A stretch of DNA of 64,000 nt. It comes from Selaginella moellendorffii. Taxonomy: Eukaryota > Plantae > Lycopodiophyta. The DNA lies in NCBI RefSeq assembly GCF_000143415.4, contig NW_003314278.1:574371-638370 (forward strand), in the 5' to 3' direction. Below the pieces are notes generated by a model. It worked only from the letters and a program-made list of their open reading frames with translations, did no database searches and had not been told where the DNA came from. Both the position numbers and the translations under genes were made by a program. Shown here piece after piece: positions 11,391-24,432 of this stretch; position 1 is the stretch's first letter, and each line of letters starts with the position of its first letter.

Positions 11391-13950
11391 ATAAAGTGTA
11401 AATCAATCAAATACCTTTGTCTAACAAACTTAAAATTCAAGCAAGAGTTAGAAACATATGCTAGAAAACTCTAAAGTATTGAAGCAATTGAGCTTTATAA
11501 CAAAAACAAAATGATTCAAAAATCTCTAGAATTGTTCAAAAAAATCTGGGAGTGAGTTATATAATAATAGCATTAGAAGTTTGTTGATCCAAGCCAACAC
11601 TTCAAATTGCCATTGTAGTGCCTAAGTTATCTTTTAAATATCACATGTTAACCAAAACTACATAAAAACATATATATGGATGAGCATGGTTTACACCATA
11701 TAGTATATTTATGCATGTTCAACTAGTGTTTTAAGGGATTATTGAAATTTGGTATTGCTTTTACATAAGGACAATTTTAACTCTACACGAAGTAAGATCC
11801 CAGCTGCAGGGACAACTTTTCTTCAACCATTTCTGTAAGAGTTAGAGCTTCTCTTCAAAGAAGGTGTAGAAGTCATATATTGTTTTCCAGGAGGTTTTGA
11901 GTATTGCCAATTATGCTAAATCAAAGAGTTATTTATGTGATTCTTGAATTTAATCATTTTGCATAATGCAAGATTCTCAAGATGTCAAATAGTGATAAAA
12001 TTAGATGTAGGAGATGCCATTAGGAGACAACTAATGCGAGTATTTTATCTAAATTCATAAAGCTACATAAAAGGATTGAAAGAATGGTGTTTGAAAAACT
12101 AAAACTATAGAGCTTGATGGTTTACAACATATAAGAGAAGTACAATAAAATAAAGGGATTCAAGGAAAGTCATTACTATTGAAACTAAAAACACATATTT
12201 ATAACTAGATATTTTTCTTACTATTTTTGTAACTTGTTTTTGCAGACTCTATATTTTAGAAGCATGCATCATGGAACCAATACATACTCTTGCAATTAAC
12301 ANNNNNNNNNNNNNNNNNNNNNNNNNNNNNNNNNNNNNNNNNNNNNNNNNNNNNNNNNNNNNNNNNNNNNNNNNNNNNNNNNNNNNNNNNNNNNNNNNNN
12401 NNNNNNNNNNNNNNNNNNNNNNNNNNNNNNNNNNNNNNNNNNNNNNNNNNNNNNNNNNNNNNNNNNNNNNNNNNTATGTGATAGCTATATTGGTTGGAGA
12501 TGCCTTGATAGAATAGTTGAGGCTCATATTAAATATTATGACCATCTTCTATAAGCCAGAGATTGACATTTGAGACCATATGGACAATTAAATCTATTGA
12601 ATGGCAATTCATATATGTCTATATTATAGTAATATCTGGGACAAAATCTCACTGACAATATCTTTATTTATGAAGAGCATATAGTGCTAAAAGTGAGTTC
12701 CAGGTTTTGTATGAAATCCCCACTAATTGAAAATAATATGGTTGAAACATCATAAGAGGTGTGAACTAGGTTTTGGTATGATTTTTACTTAACTTTTTTT
12801 TTTCTACAGATCATTCTTCAAAAGTATGAATTTGCGAAAGATCAAAGAAACTAATAGGCTACTACCACTAGAAAGTCTGAAGAAGATCTTAGGATCCTAC
12901 TTTATTACACTATAAATAAAAATTGTGCCCTTACAATTTATAGCCTTGTTGTGGAGAAAAAAAAAGGGATCCTTAGCTTATGTTTACATAAAACTAAAAT
13001 CATTGTTAGCCATTTCATACCAATGATTACAAAATGTAGAGTTATGTTCAGTTTGGAGGAACTCATAGAAAACAAAAATGGCCCCATCTTTGATGCCAAC
13101 ACAAATGCAATTTGAATTTTTATTATGTTTTTGGTTTGCTTAGAGTAGTGTAGAATATACTTGGATATTCTAGGATATTCCACTATCTAATGATTGTTAT
13201 TCACTTGAATTAATCTCGTATTTATAATTTTATAGATATAATTATAATTTATAAACTTTCCTAAATATTTCCTTGCATATTCTAGTTTATTTAATGGTTG
13301 ATATGTAATAAGATTATTCTTTATAAACTTCCAGTTAATCAATTATATTATTAAATAATAATAAGCAATACTATTAAGCAAACCAAATGTTGCTGTATGC
13401 AACATGCAGCAAATTATTATTATTTTACTTATCAGAAAATTTATATTATTGAGACTTATTTAATAGCAAAGTAGTATAAGAATTCTAATTACAATGTTTA
13501 AGGCATTTTGTTTCTGTTTTTCTCTTAAATAACACATTTTTAGGGTAGATAAATACACTTGATGGCATATTTTAACTCTTGATTTTATGCATTCTGATCA
13601 TATATACAATCTTAATTTCCAGAAGTATTTTCCAACAACAGCAATATAAATTTTAGTTGAGGACATAGTAGAACTTTAAGGAAGGCTTGCCCATATTGTG
13701 GAGGTTACATTAATGCAAACTATATAGATCAAGTTGTTGGAGAGCATTGATAATGTTCCAAAAACTTTATACTTGAAAGATCCATCTTGCAATTCTTAGT
13801 GAATAATATTAAGTTTTTTGTTTACTTACATAGGCAAGTAAACACTTTCAAGGATGGATGAGTTAAAGACATTGCCGTTTGATATTGGATAATATAGGCT
13901 TATAATAAACTGGGTAGATTAGATGGTCGGCTATGACATGAATAATTTGA
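11390..13950 (+). mobile_element. Highly degenerate CACTA/En-Spm-like transposase remnant, copy 1
   Basis: Residual TFLQPFL*ELELLFKEGVEVIY (~11815-11880) resembles the Transposase_21 motif YLQPLIDELxxLWxEGV. MEPIHTL (12271) resembles the DxMH motif. Many stops; AT-rich. Confidence 0.4.
12302..12474. other. Run of 173 N (assembly gap)
   Basis: Seen directly. Confidence 1.
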
Positions 13951-14477
13951 TCAAACTATAATCTATATGAATAATTATATAGCATATAAACTGTAGAAAA
14001 CTATTTGGATAACAATGTTTCAGTAAAAAATAATTTATTTGAAAAACTATACACTATCTAGGCTATAAGAAAATTATGTGAAAAAGCCATATGAAAATGT
14101 ATTAGTGCACTAGAGTAAAAATAACCATATGAAAATTTATTATATTAAGAAAACAACCGGCATGGGAAAAGCCGTGTTTGATCGCTTCGTGGAGTCTGGA
14201 CAGTGGCTCCAGTGACTTGGCTTGTGACATGCTCATGGTCAAGCTCTATTGCCTGTGGAAGGAGCAATCGCTCATTTTGCAAACCATGGCAGCCAAGTTT
14301 GGCATTTCCTGGATTGTCAATGGACAAGCAAACAGGTGGCATTGTAGTGGCTACACTCGGCAGTGCAGCGTGGGAGTAGAGAGAAGATCGAGGTATAGTT
14401 TCATATCAAAAATTGGAAAACCTGAAAACACCGACATTTCTCAAGTGTTTATTGTTGGCTGAGCGCCTAAGTGATCT

Positions 14478-15870
14478 CTAGGAGGCACTTGCGTGCGTTC
14501 CGCGCATTGAGCGCATCCTGGGGACTCCAGTTGATGACTTGACGACCAACAAGAGTCTTGAGCATGCCATCGTAGAACCTCTTTTGCCCCCTGGCAAGCT
14601 CCGCTTCACCGCCAAGGGTAGGCATCTTGTTATACCCTTGCACCGTCCTGCAAGTCTGTCAATACCAAAGTGCTTGGAAACGCGGCTCTTACCTGATGAA
14701 GAAGCGGCCAACCGGGTGAAGACCATTGGGGATTCTCATCTTGATCTTAGCGAAGTCCTTCCACGTTTCGAAGTTGTTCTGTAATTCGGTGCGGGTGAAG
14801 CTTGGAGTGAATTTCTTCGGATTCACCTCCATCTTTTCTTCCGGAAACTCTGCGCACACGACCACAAATAGCTAGACGGGCAGCCGTTTTTGCAGTCATT
14901 TACCTTGCAAGCTGGCCTGATCAACCTGATGGTTCTCCACCCAAACGAAACCATCTATTTCCAGGATTCCGTAATACCAGTCATCCTTGTCACCGGCCTA
15001 GAAGACGATATGTCAGCGCTCATGATCCAAGTGACTAACTATTCTTACCATGGTGGTAACTGGCGGTCTGTAGCTCTTCGGAGGCGCTGCTGTCTCCAGG
15101 AGTTCCTGTATGGCGTACATAGCTGGCTGGTAGAGATTCTCGACGCCCGCGTTGCGTTTGAAATCCAACGTCACCTTGAGCCGCAGGCCACGAAGCGTGT
15201 AGCGTTTAGTGTACACGTACATCTTCCAATCCGAATGGTGCCTCGGAGAAGAATTGCTCGCAGACTGAGGTTTATCAGCAGGTCATCTGTTGAAGAGTCC
15301 AAAGACTCTCAGAGTTGGGAAGGTTTTGCGCGTCAACCTGGGTCGCCTGTCTTCCTTGTCAACCTCATACTGGAGCACAAAGTCCGCTTTTTCTCAGATG
15401 GCGATGACGGGGGCTCCTTTTCAAGTTCGCGGGGCCTTGTAAAGCGGCCTGCATCTCTTCTTTGCAATCACCTTGGAACGCAGTCGAGTAGGCCACATCG
15501 TTGGCGATGAGCTTGTTGACGCAATGAAGAGCCTGACATCTCCACGGCAGCAAACCTATCGTATGAGGGCATCTGATGCTTGCATAGAGAAGAAATGATT
15601 TTAACTTTTTTACCGTGATCTTCATGACTAATGGAGGGGAATATAAAAGTGTTCGACAAGATGAAATTCCGGGGCTCTTTTGGACTGTGCTCAGGATATG
15701 TGGAGAGCAGAAAAGACAGGTAATGCTAGAGGTCCTACCTGAATTGGAGAACCATATTGAAGTGGCTGATGCTCCAATGCTTGCTACTTGCTTGAGTAGC
15801 AGCTGGAGACTAGGCTTCGGGACTTTCCAAGCTGGAAGTTCTGGAGAGAAGCATGGCTATCCACCCACTC
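14478..15870 (-). pseudogene. Multi-exon gene remnant of unknown family ('gene X'), unit 2 copy
   Basis: Minus-strand exons separated by ~45-55 nt GT-AG introns read ...ELLETAAPPKSYRPPVTTM|AGDKDDWYYGILEIDGFVWVENHQVDQASLQ|EFPEEKMEVNPKKFTPSFTRTELQNNFETWKDFAKIKMRIPNGLHPVGRFFIR|TVQGYNKMPTLGGEAELARGQKRFYDGMLKTLVGRQV. Upstream parts are frameshifted. Confidence 0.4.
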
Positions 15871-16548
15871 TTATAAAGTGTGCAAATTATTAATTTTTTC
15901 CTTGTCAGTTTACTAGGGGGGAGTGTATCACATAATTGTTTACCTGAAATCACATTCAAATACTTATCAATCAGTTCTTTCAAACATTCTCTTCTGCTAA
16001 TGTCAAGATACAGTAATATTCTGTTGATATTGAAATCCAAGTAATTCACAAACCTAGATCTTGAAATCGAAGTGTTCGGTTTTGAAATATAGATAAGTTC
16101 TATAGCAACTCAATTAGAATGCCTTTGAGCTGCTATCTTAGAGCCGAGAGAAGTTCCACTTTATTTTCAGTCTTGTCTTGGCAAATTTTACCATAGAAGC
16201 AGCCAATATAAAACCTTGCAAGAACCCTAATTTCTGGTGGTTATTTGGGCAATGGCCGCAACTGGCGGTGATATGCCATCGCGTGGCGGAAATCCGTGGC
16301 GCCATCGAATGCTCGGAATGGATTCCTGGAAGCACGATCGAGATTGAATGCGGGCACATTCCGGCAACAGCAGCAGCAGCGAGGATTTCAAGTGATAACG
16401 GCAGCTACACGACTGTTAACAGAGAGTGGAAGCCGATTGGTATAGGGTTCTTGCCTCCTGATTTTCTTGTTTCCTCGCAGCTGGCCCTGTGGAATTCAAT
16501 TCCAATCTTAGCTTTGTTTTGTATCCCGATCCCAAGCTCCGCGCGAGG

Positions 16549-19500
16549 TGTTGAGAGTGGCCCTGTGCCACGTGGCTAGTCCACGTGGAGAGACATGAGT
16601 CTTCACTGGTTCACTATGTCACACATATGTACATTTTCCATTCCATATATGCTATGACGGATCTTGAGCACCATCACACGGTTTCACCTTTCGTTAGATG
16701 GTATCGGAGCAATGCCTGGGAGAGTGAGAAGAATTCGAAACTGTAGGATCAGGGCGACACTTGCTAGGGTGAATCGGAGCCTCCGTCTACGACAGAGGCG
16801 TGCCCTAATCCAAGCGCTCCAGGCCTTGCAAGAGGCACTGGACGACTAAGAACCTGGACCTAAACTTGAACGAGTGGTGGGATTGGGTGTCGGCACCCAT
16901 GGCAGCCACTGTTCCTACAAATCCGCCTCCAAATCCACCACCTATTTCCCCTCCCATCACAAATCCGACTGTGCCTACAGCGGATATCGTTTCAGTGGAC
17001 GCAAATCCACCAAAATTTGATGGGAGGAACTGGCGCTTCTGGAAGACAAAATTCGAATCCTATATGGATGAACGAGGCCTCTGGGACATCACCACAGGAA
17101 CTGAGACACTTCCAGATACAGCTACAGTGGATGAAACTGCGAAGTATCGCAAGAAGGACTGGAGAGCTTTGGGCAAATTCCATGCAGCGCTGGAGGGGCG
17201 AGAATTCCATTGCATTGGACGGTGCAAGAGTGCAAAGGAAGCGTGGGAGGCCATGAAGGCCATGGCCGTGGGATGCCTAAACCCTAAACCTAGTGCTGAT
17301 AGAATCAAGCAGCTCGCACGCGAGCAGATGGTTGAAGGTCTAGACCTGGACCCAAGAGCCGTTCTTCCATTTTGCCAGGGCTGTCAGCTAGGAAAATCTA
17401 CTCGCCAACCTTTCCCTAAGACTGGAGCATCTCGAGCTCAGAGCTCATGGAACTTGTACACACTGATGTGTGTGGCCCGATGGCCACCACAGCAGTGGGA
17501 GGTATCCAATACTTTATCAGTTTCATTGATGACTACAGTCGTCGCACTATGATCTACCCTATGGCTCGCAAATCCCAATCGTTACACTACTTCCAGACTT
17601 TCAAGGATATGGGAGAAACACAAATTGGGAAAATGCTCAAGCGATTGAGAAGTGATGGTGGAGGCGAATTCACTTCCAATGCTTTCAACCAGCTGTGTGA
17701 GCAAGGAGGGATTGTGCGAGAACTTACAACGCGAGAGACTCCACAACAGAATGGCGTAGCTGAGCGCAAGAATCGCACACTAGTGGAGAGTGCTCGGGCA
17801 ATGCTACTTTCCAGTGGTTTGCCTCGCAGCTTCTGGTTTCACGCTGTCTTGACGGCGAACTATCTCCAGAACCGGCTCCCCACCTCTGCCCTTGCTGACA
17901 TCACTCCTGAAGAAGCATGGAGCTACAGTTACGCATCTGAGAATATTCGGGTGTGAAGCGTGGGCACACATCCCTGATGGAATGCTCAAGAAATTGGACC
18001 CCAAGAGCCAGAAGGCTGTGTTTGTGGGCTACAGCCTCGATCACAAAGCCTATCGTCTCTGGAATCCAATCACGAAGCAGGAGATCCTGAGCAGAGATGT
18101 GGTTTTCAACGAGAATTCGTTTCTTCCTTCTAGTCAAGGTTCTACTTCCAGACCTACCTTGACCGAAGAAAATGACGTTGAAGCGGAACAAGATCAGTTG
18201 ACTGTCGGCACGATCACTGTGCCGCTTCAAACAGTCCCTACGCAACAACCCATGCCCGCTTCTACTCCAACACCACCAACCCCGCCGCCTCCTCCAGATC
18301 CTCTACGCAGATCGATCCGCACAAGGCGGCCTACTGAGCGTCTCATCGAGACAATGGTCTCCTCTCGTGCAGCTGGGACTCCTACTGTTCCGAGGACCTA
18401 TGGAGAAGCCATGGCCTCACAGGAAGCGTCTTACTGGCGTGTAGCAATGGAAGCCGAGATTGCTTCACAGCAAAAGAACGAGACACATGTTCTTGTTCCA
18501 ACTGTGCCTTCCAATCGCCAGATTATCAAGAGCATGTGGGTGTATGCTCTGAAGCTTAATCCTGATGGCTTGGTTCGCTACAAGGCGCGATTGGTGGCAA
18601 AAGGATGCTCGCAAGTTCCTGGACTTGACTACAATGACACCTTTGCTCCAGTGGTTAAGCATTCTACTCTTCGTTCCTTGATTAATTTTGCTGCGGTGGG
18701 AGACTTTGATCTGGAACAGATGGATGTGACCGCGTTTCTTTATGGCGCGCTTGAAGAAGAAATCTATATGGCACAGCCAGAAGGATTTCTAGCCGCTGGA
18801 AAAGAGGATCATCTCTGGCTTCTCAAGAAAGCTGTCTACAGCTTGAAACAAACACCCAGATCTTGGTACAAACGCTTTGACGATTTTATACTAAGTGTGG
18901 GCTTTTCCCGTAGCGAGGCAGACCCGAATCTTTATATTCGGGTCGAGGGTGAATCATTTGTGATCATCGCTCTTTATGTTGATGATACTCTTGTCATCCA
19001 TAATCATCGCTTAATGTTTCTCCAGGTTAAGCGAGATCTTTGCAGCCAATTTGAGATGAAAACTCTTGGCTCGGCTTCCTACTTTCTTGGCATGGAACTT
19101 GTGCGTGATCGCTCTCAACGCACTATCTATCTTCACCAAGCCAAGTATATAGAAGATATGCTGGCCAGGTTTTCTATGACGAGCCCTAATCCACTGGCGA
19201 CACCAATGGAACTAGGCTGCCAGCTTTCACGAGCCATGTCTCCTGAGACAGAGGACGACAAGAGAGCCATGGACTCCATCCCTTACAGACAAGCTGTTGG
19301 CAGTCTCATGTATCCAGCTGTTTGTACGCGCCCAGATATTTCTTTTGCCGTGAGCAAAGTTAGCCAATTCCTGGCTAATCCTGGATCTCAACATTGGGCA
19401 GCGGTGAAACGCATCTTCAGGTACCTTCGAGGTACTACTTACCTTGGATTGTGCTACCAGGGAAAAGCGCTTACCCTCACGGGCTACTGTGATGCTGATT

Positions 19501-20128
19501 TTGGGGGAGACTGTGACACACGCAAGTCCACCTCTGGCTATTCGTTTTCCCTGGGCAGTGCGACAGTCTCGTGGTGCAGCAGGAAGCAAAGTACAGTGGC
19601 AAACTCTAGTACTGAAGCAGAATATTTGGCAGCCTCACAAGCTACCAAAGAAGGTGTGTGGTGACGCTCACTACTTTCTAACCTTGGTGTGAGTGTGAAG
19701 ACTCCCACTCGCCTCTTCTGTGACAATCAAAGCTGCATTGCGTTAGCGGCCAATCCTCGCTTTCATTCACGCACCAAACACTTTGGGATTCATCATCATT
19801 TTGTTCGTGAGAAAGTGGAAGATGGCACAATTGAGCTGATCTACTGCGACACGACCACTCAGGTTGCAGATATCTTCACAAAAGCACTACCCCGAGATCG
19901 ATTTCAAGTCCATCGCGAAGGGCTGGGACTTTCTCCACTGATGAGCATCACTCGTGATGGCCACAGTGCCAGTGGGAGTGTTGAGAGTGGCCTTGTGCCA
20001 CGTGGCTAGTCCACGTGGAGAGACACGAGTCTTCACCGGTTCACTATGTCACACATATGTACATTTTCCATTCCATATATGCTATGACGGATTTTGAGCA
20101 CCATCACACGGTTTCACTTTTCGTTACA
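16549..20128 (+). mobile_element. Ty1/copia LTR retrotransposon, internally deleted and non-autonomous (3580 bp)
   Basis: 150-bp LTRs at 16549-16698 and 19979-20128. PBS TGGTATCGGAGC (iMet-type, 1 mismatch) at 16699-16710. PPT at 19971-19978. TSD CGAGG/CAAGG; empty sites in other units read gcgcgaggaacatc. Gag N-terminus, integrase (HTDVCGP, RSDGGGEF, QQNGVAER), RT (YKARLVAKG, QMDVTAFL, YVDD) and RNase H (DADF, STEAEY) in IN-RT-RH order, with frameshifts and a stop. Confidence 0.97.
16565..16590. promoter_or_regulatory. Two tandem palindromic G-boxes (GCCACGTGGC, TCCACGTGGA) in the copia LTR; repeated in the 3' LTR (~19996-20020)
   Basis: Seen directly. CACGTG is the plant bZIP/bHLH G-box. 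Function here is untested. Confidence 0.5.
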
Positions 20129-22013
20129 CAAGGAACATCCGCATCAATTCCTTCGATGATAATGTCAAGAAGCTTATGCTGGACGTGACGTACAGGTATG
20201 TTCCTCACGAATTTCATTACTGTCCAACGTTGGCATGCCTTGTTTTCTTGTCTTTCTTTTCATTTTTGCCAGGAGAGATGGAGTAGGCTTGTCGACTCCA
20301 CAATTAGGCAAAGGCAAAGGGTACGTTTTCGTGAATCCAATGATTGTCAAGTTTGGGAAAGAGCGAGAAGCTGATACTCTCGAAGGATGCCTACCTTTTT
20401 ACGGCGCTCAAGCCGATGTCTAGGTACTATTCCTTTGTACATAGAGATTCTCTTTTGTACCTTGCGTCTTTGTTTCCAGAGACTGATATCGATCCGAGTT
20501 GAAAGCTCAAGACATCAACGGGAAGAAATTTGGTACCGCCTTCAGGGGCTGGACTGCTCGAATTTTCCAACATGGAGGTAATGTCTCCTTTGTTTTTTTT
20601 TTTTGTGCAAACATCAAGGTGGCCGTGGTATTTGTTCGCACAGGGTGTCCTTTACATCGACCAGATGACTCCAAAAGCACTGAACTCAATTGGACAAGAA
20701 CTTTTGGTAAGAGATTCCATAGTTGTGTGTGCCCTCATGTCGGCTTTGTTTGCAGAATCTGGAAGAGGAGTTTGAGAAGAGGTCTGGGACGCCTCGTCCC
20801 AATGCGGTTAAAGACAAACTGTTAAGTTTGATCCCGGTCGTCTCCTGTGAAGATGCTTGGTTCGATTACGCGTTCCGTTTTCAACTTACCGGAAACTTCA
20901 GCTGACGAAGAACAATAAGCGTAAAAGCGAATCCAACCGGGCGGTGAGTGCCTTGCTTTTATTTCCATCGTGAAGATGGCTAGAAGCTGAACCTTTTCTC
21001 CTTTTCTTTTCTTGTGTGATATTTTTTCAGGAGTTGACGATCCTGTGCCCCACGAACTACCATCTGAAAGCGATATGGCCAACCTTCATATCATCCTGGT
21101 TAACGCTGAGAAGAGAATCAGAGCACTGACTGCCTCCAAAACTACATCGGTGAAAAAGGCCAGAAGAAGTGTGAAGAAGAAACATGGCCAGCTAAGTGAA
21201 GCTCCATTGGGCGGGCCTTTTGTGTTGCCTCTCCTGAGGAGCCCAAGGAGGAGCTCTTGTTTTCCTGAATTTCCTGAAGTTCTTTCATACCCGACAACGG
21301 TTTATAGCAGCAAGGCTGACGCAATGCAGTTCCGAGGAAGAGTTGTGGCCATCACGGGTTGATAGATGGAGGTTTAGCAGTCCAGATGAAGACCTTTCTA
21401 TTGGCTCGAGCACTTCAGCAGATTTCGGTCAGATTACCGGTCAGAATTCGGTCTTAAGGAGAGAGAGTTTGGAAGTCCCATCTCTCGGACCTTTGGGACG
21501 ACTTCGTTATTCTCCAGGTGCTTTAATTCAAGCAAGATACTCGAGCAACGTTGCGGCAGAAAGAAAGTGCAGCGCTCCGGGCGAGGAAGTGGTCCGAGTC
21601 TTCCGGACGGAGGCGCGAAAATGAGGATATGTCCGGGAAAGCAGGTGTATCAACACAGGGAAGGCCGAGTTGCGACTCAGGAATTCAAACGCAACAACAG
21701 AGGTGGCAGCGAAAGTTCCGAAAGACCAGCGTCCGGAATCGGGAGAAGCAACTAGACGACGGCCAGGATGTTGAGATCGGCGTGGAAGGCTAGCAGGCAA
21801 AGTAAACAGTGTGGGCGCTAACCTCGTGTTTTTGCAAAAACTTGCCGGAGGATACGTGCGGGATTGAAGTTTCCGCGGTTGCCAAGTTGTTTCCAGAAGA
21901 CTTAGCACTCTATAAAATCCTCTTTTTGATAAGGAGTTGTGGTCATGTTTTCAAGCTATCCTCTTATTGTTCTCTTCGCTCTTGATCTTCGACATTGTGA
22001 GGCTTTTTCCAGT

Positions 22014-23739
22014 ATGGGCACTCGTGTCGCAGATGATAGATGCTATCTCGTAGCACACTATACGAGCGTGTGGTCGTACCTGTGGCCTCACATCTCGCAT
22101 TCTTTGGACGTCGGGAGTGTGAACTTGGATTGGAGGGCGAGATTTTCTCTGTTTATGCTCTGGAGCGTGAGGTCTGTCTCTCAACCGCTGAAGCACTTTG
22201 GAAGATGGGTGGAGAAGGCAATTAACCTTTGTGCATCCAATGGAGGAATTCTCAGGACCTTGTATACTCTTTCGATGGATCCACAAGGTAACTAGAATTG
22301 ATTTCACGGTTTTGACTTTTGTTTGTGTGCTGTTCTTCCAGCGCTTGTTGATCCTTCCGAGGATTCGGAGAGCTACCTAACTTTCAACGGCCACATGGAA
22401 CCAAGAATCAGCCTCCTCCAAGCCCCTTCGTCTCAGCGTCTGTGTCTTTCATGTCCAGACTCCAAAGCGGTAGCAGATGTTTGTGCTATGGCGTCTAAGG
22501 TTGCGTATGAGAACCCAAAGTTCATCGAATTTGTCGTGAATCAGAATTGGAAGGTAAGTCCAAGCCTTGCACAACCTCTGACTCCATCAGCTTCTCCTTT
22601 GCAGATGCATCTACTAGGAACTTACAACTGTTGGAACGGTAAGAGGTCGCTATCCAGTTTCATCTGACGTTGCCCTCACCCTTTCATGCTACGGAGTCAG
22701 AAAACAAACTCGACTCAAGCATTCATCTTCGCGGATCGGGAAACTGATGCCGGAGCCATCGTTCTTGCCTTCCGGGGAACGGAAGCCTTCAATGCATACG
22801 ACTGGTGCACAGACTTGGATTTCTCCTGGTACGAGCTCCCGCAGCTTGTCCATCTCGGATTCCTCGAAGCACTGGGCCTGGGCGACAGGACCAGGATGCA
22901 AAGCTTCCAGAGGTTGAAGCAGAACATCTACGAGAACTCGAGGACTCCGTTGCCACAGACTCCAACATCTGGATTACCCGACTTTGTCCTCAGCGATGAG
23001 ACGAAGCTGCTCGCATACGACCACATCAGTGCGGAGCTCGTCACCATCCTCCGGAAACACAGAAACGCAAAGCTCTACATCACCGGTCACAGCCTCGGCG
23101 GCGCTCTGGCGACGCTCTTCACCGCCATGCTCTTCTACAACCGGGAAGAGAATCGAGTCTTTTACAGCACCGAGGACGACGTTGCCAGGAGGCTCGCGGC
23201 GCTCTATACGTTTGGCCAGCCCCGCGTTGGAGACAAGAGCTTTGCGTCCTTCATGGACACCAGCTTAAACAAGCCAACCATGAGGTACTTTAGAGTTGTC
23301 TACAATAACGACATGGTAGCTCGAGTTCCCTTCGACAACTCTCTGTTTGGCTTCAAGCATTTCGGGAATTCCTGCTACTTCACTTACAACTACACCCCAG
23401 GTACTTTACTCCGAGACACTGCTCTCTGTGTAGGATCCATATTAACTTTCTATGCAGATCCTTCCGGACGAGCCATTTCCCAATTTCTTCTCCCCGGTTT
23501 ACATGGTGCTGTCCCGGCTTTACGCGCTGTTCGAGCTCGTCCAGAGCTTCTTCATGAGCTATAGATATGGCGGGGAGTTTAGCGAGACGAGGTTGTCCAC
23601 TGTGGCAAGGATTGCAGGCTTGCTCGTGCCTGGGATCGCCGGCCACAGCTTGGTGAATTACATCAACTGTGTCAGGCTGGGGCCCGACCGTCTCGATCCG
23701 GCGTGCCTGCAAAACACGGAGTGGGATAAATCCCAGTAA
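22014..23739 (+). pseudogene. OBL-like class 3 lipase, copy 2, probably disabled
   Basis: Intron-3 acceptor changed (ctacag to ctacgg, with an adjacent small deletion, ~22690). 6-nt deletion removes GR before VHLGF. 2-nt deletion at the end of exon 4 (tacaccccag vs tacacccttcag) shifts the last exon. Confidence 0.8.
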
Positions 23740-24432
23740 GCATAGCAACTTCGTACATGTCAAATAAAACTTACACATGGTGTCATTCAGAAAATATAAA
23801 AAATGAACACAATTACATTGCCTTCAGAACTGAATGCACAATGGAATTCTCTTTATGGAGACAGAGCTTTTACTGGTGAAAGTGCAAGCATGGAATGAAA
23901 CTATGCAATTTATCCTTACCACCCAGAAAGGAACCATAGACAAAGCACTGATGATCGACTCTATCCACCTTGACTATGAGTTCCACAAAAGATGGTGGCA
24001 TGATTGTGTGGCTTGTTGCAATCAGATGTCCTCTATTTCTTTAACTACAGCTCTAACTCTACAATATCTTTCCACTCCAAGATTGCCACTTGTGCAAGGA
24101 GTGCTTCCAAGTTGAAAATGTTGTTGATGACTGGCGAACAACATTGATTCAAACATTCAATCCCATGGTTTTCAGAGAAATGGATTGAATAGTGAACATT
24201 AGCTATGCCATCTAAACCCAAGCTTACAAGAGCCATGTGGTAATACATTGGTAAAAGTTTTTATATTTTAAACAAATATAGTACTCAAGTCTAGGCTATA
24301 TAGTATTACTATATATAAAGATAAACCAATCTCTCATATAGCTATTGGCTTATCATAATAAAAAATTTAATTACTTTTTATTTTCTTCTATATATAAAAA
24401 TAACTCTAAATTTTATTTAAAATTCATTTTTA

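Larger units (their letters stand above)
16252..20830 (+). pseudogene. PDF1B: PDF1B-like pseudogene, copy 2, split by the copia insertion
   Basis: The YPDPKLRAR|NIRINSFDD junction is split by the element. VNARLMVFNPEGERG is deleted, the HEYDH motif is deleted, and there is a TAG after ADV. Confidence 0.85.

Noticed and set aside
14539-15510. Plus-strand ORFs (81 and 206 aa) and their copies at 32341, 32806 and 39101
   Set aside because: Frames are not conserved between copies, and splice signals favour the minus strand.
21012-21793. ORFs between PDF and lipase (PHELPSESDMANLH..., MRQKESA...)
   Set aside because: Possibly remnants of another gene, but copy 1 lacks ~400 bp of it, frames shift between copies and I cannot assign a family.
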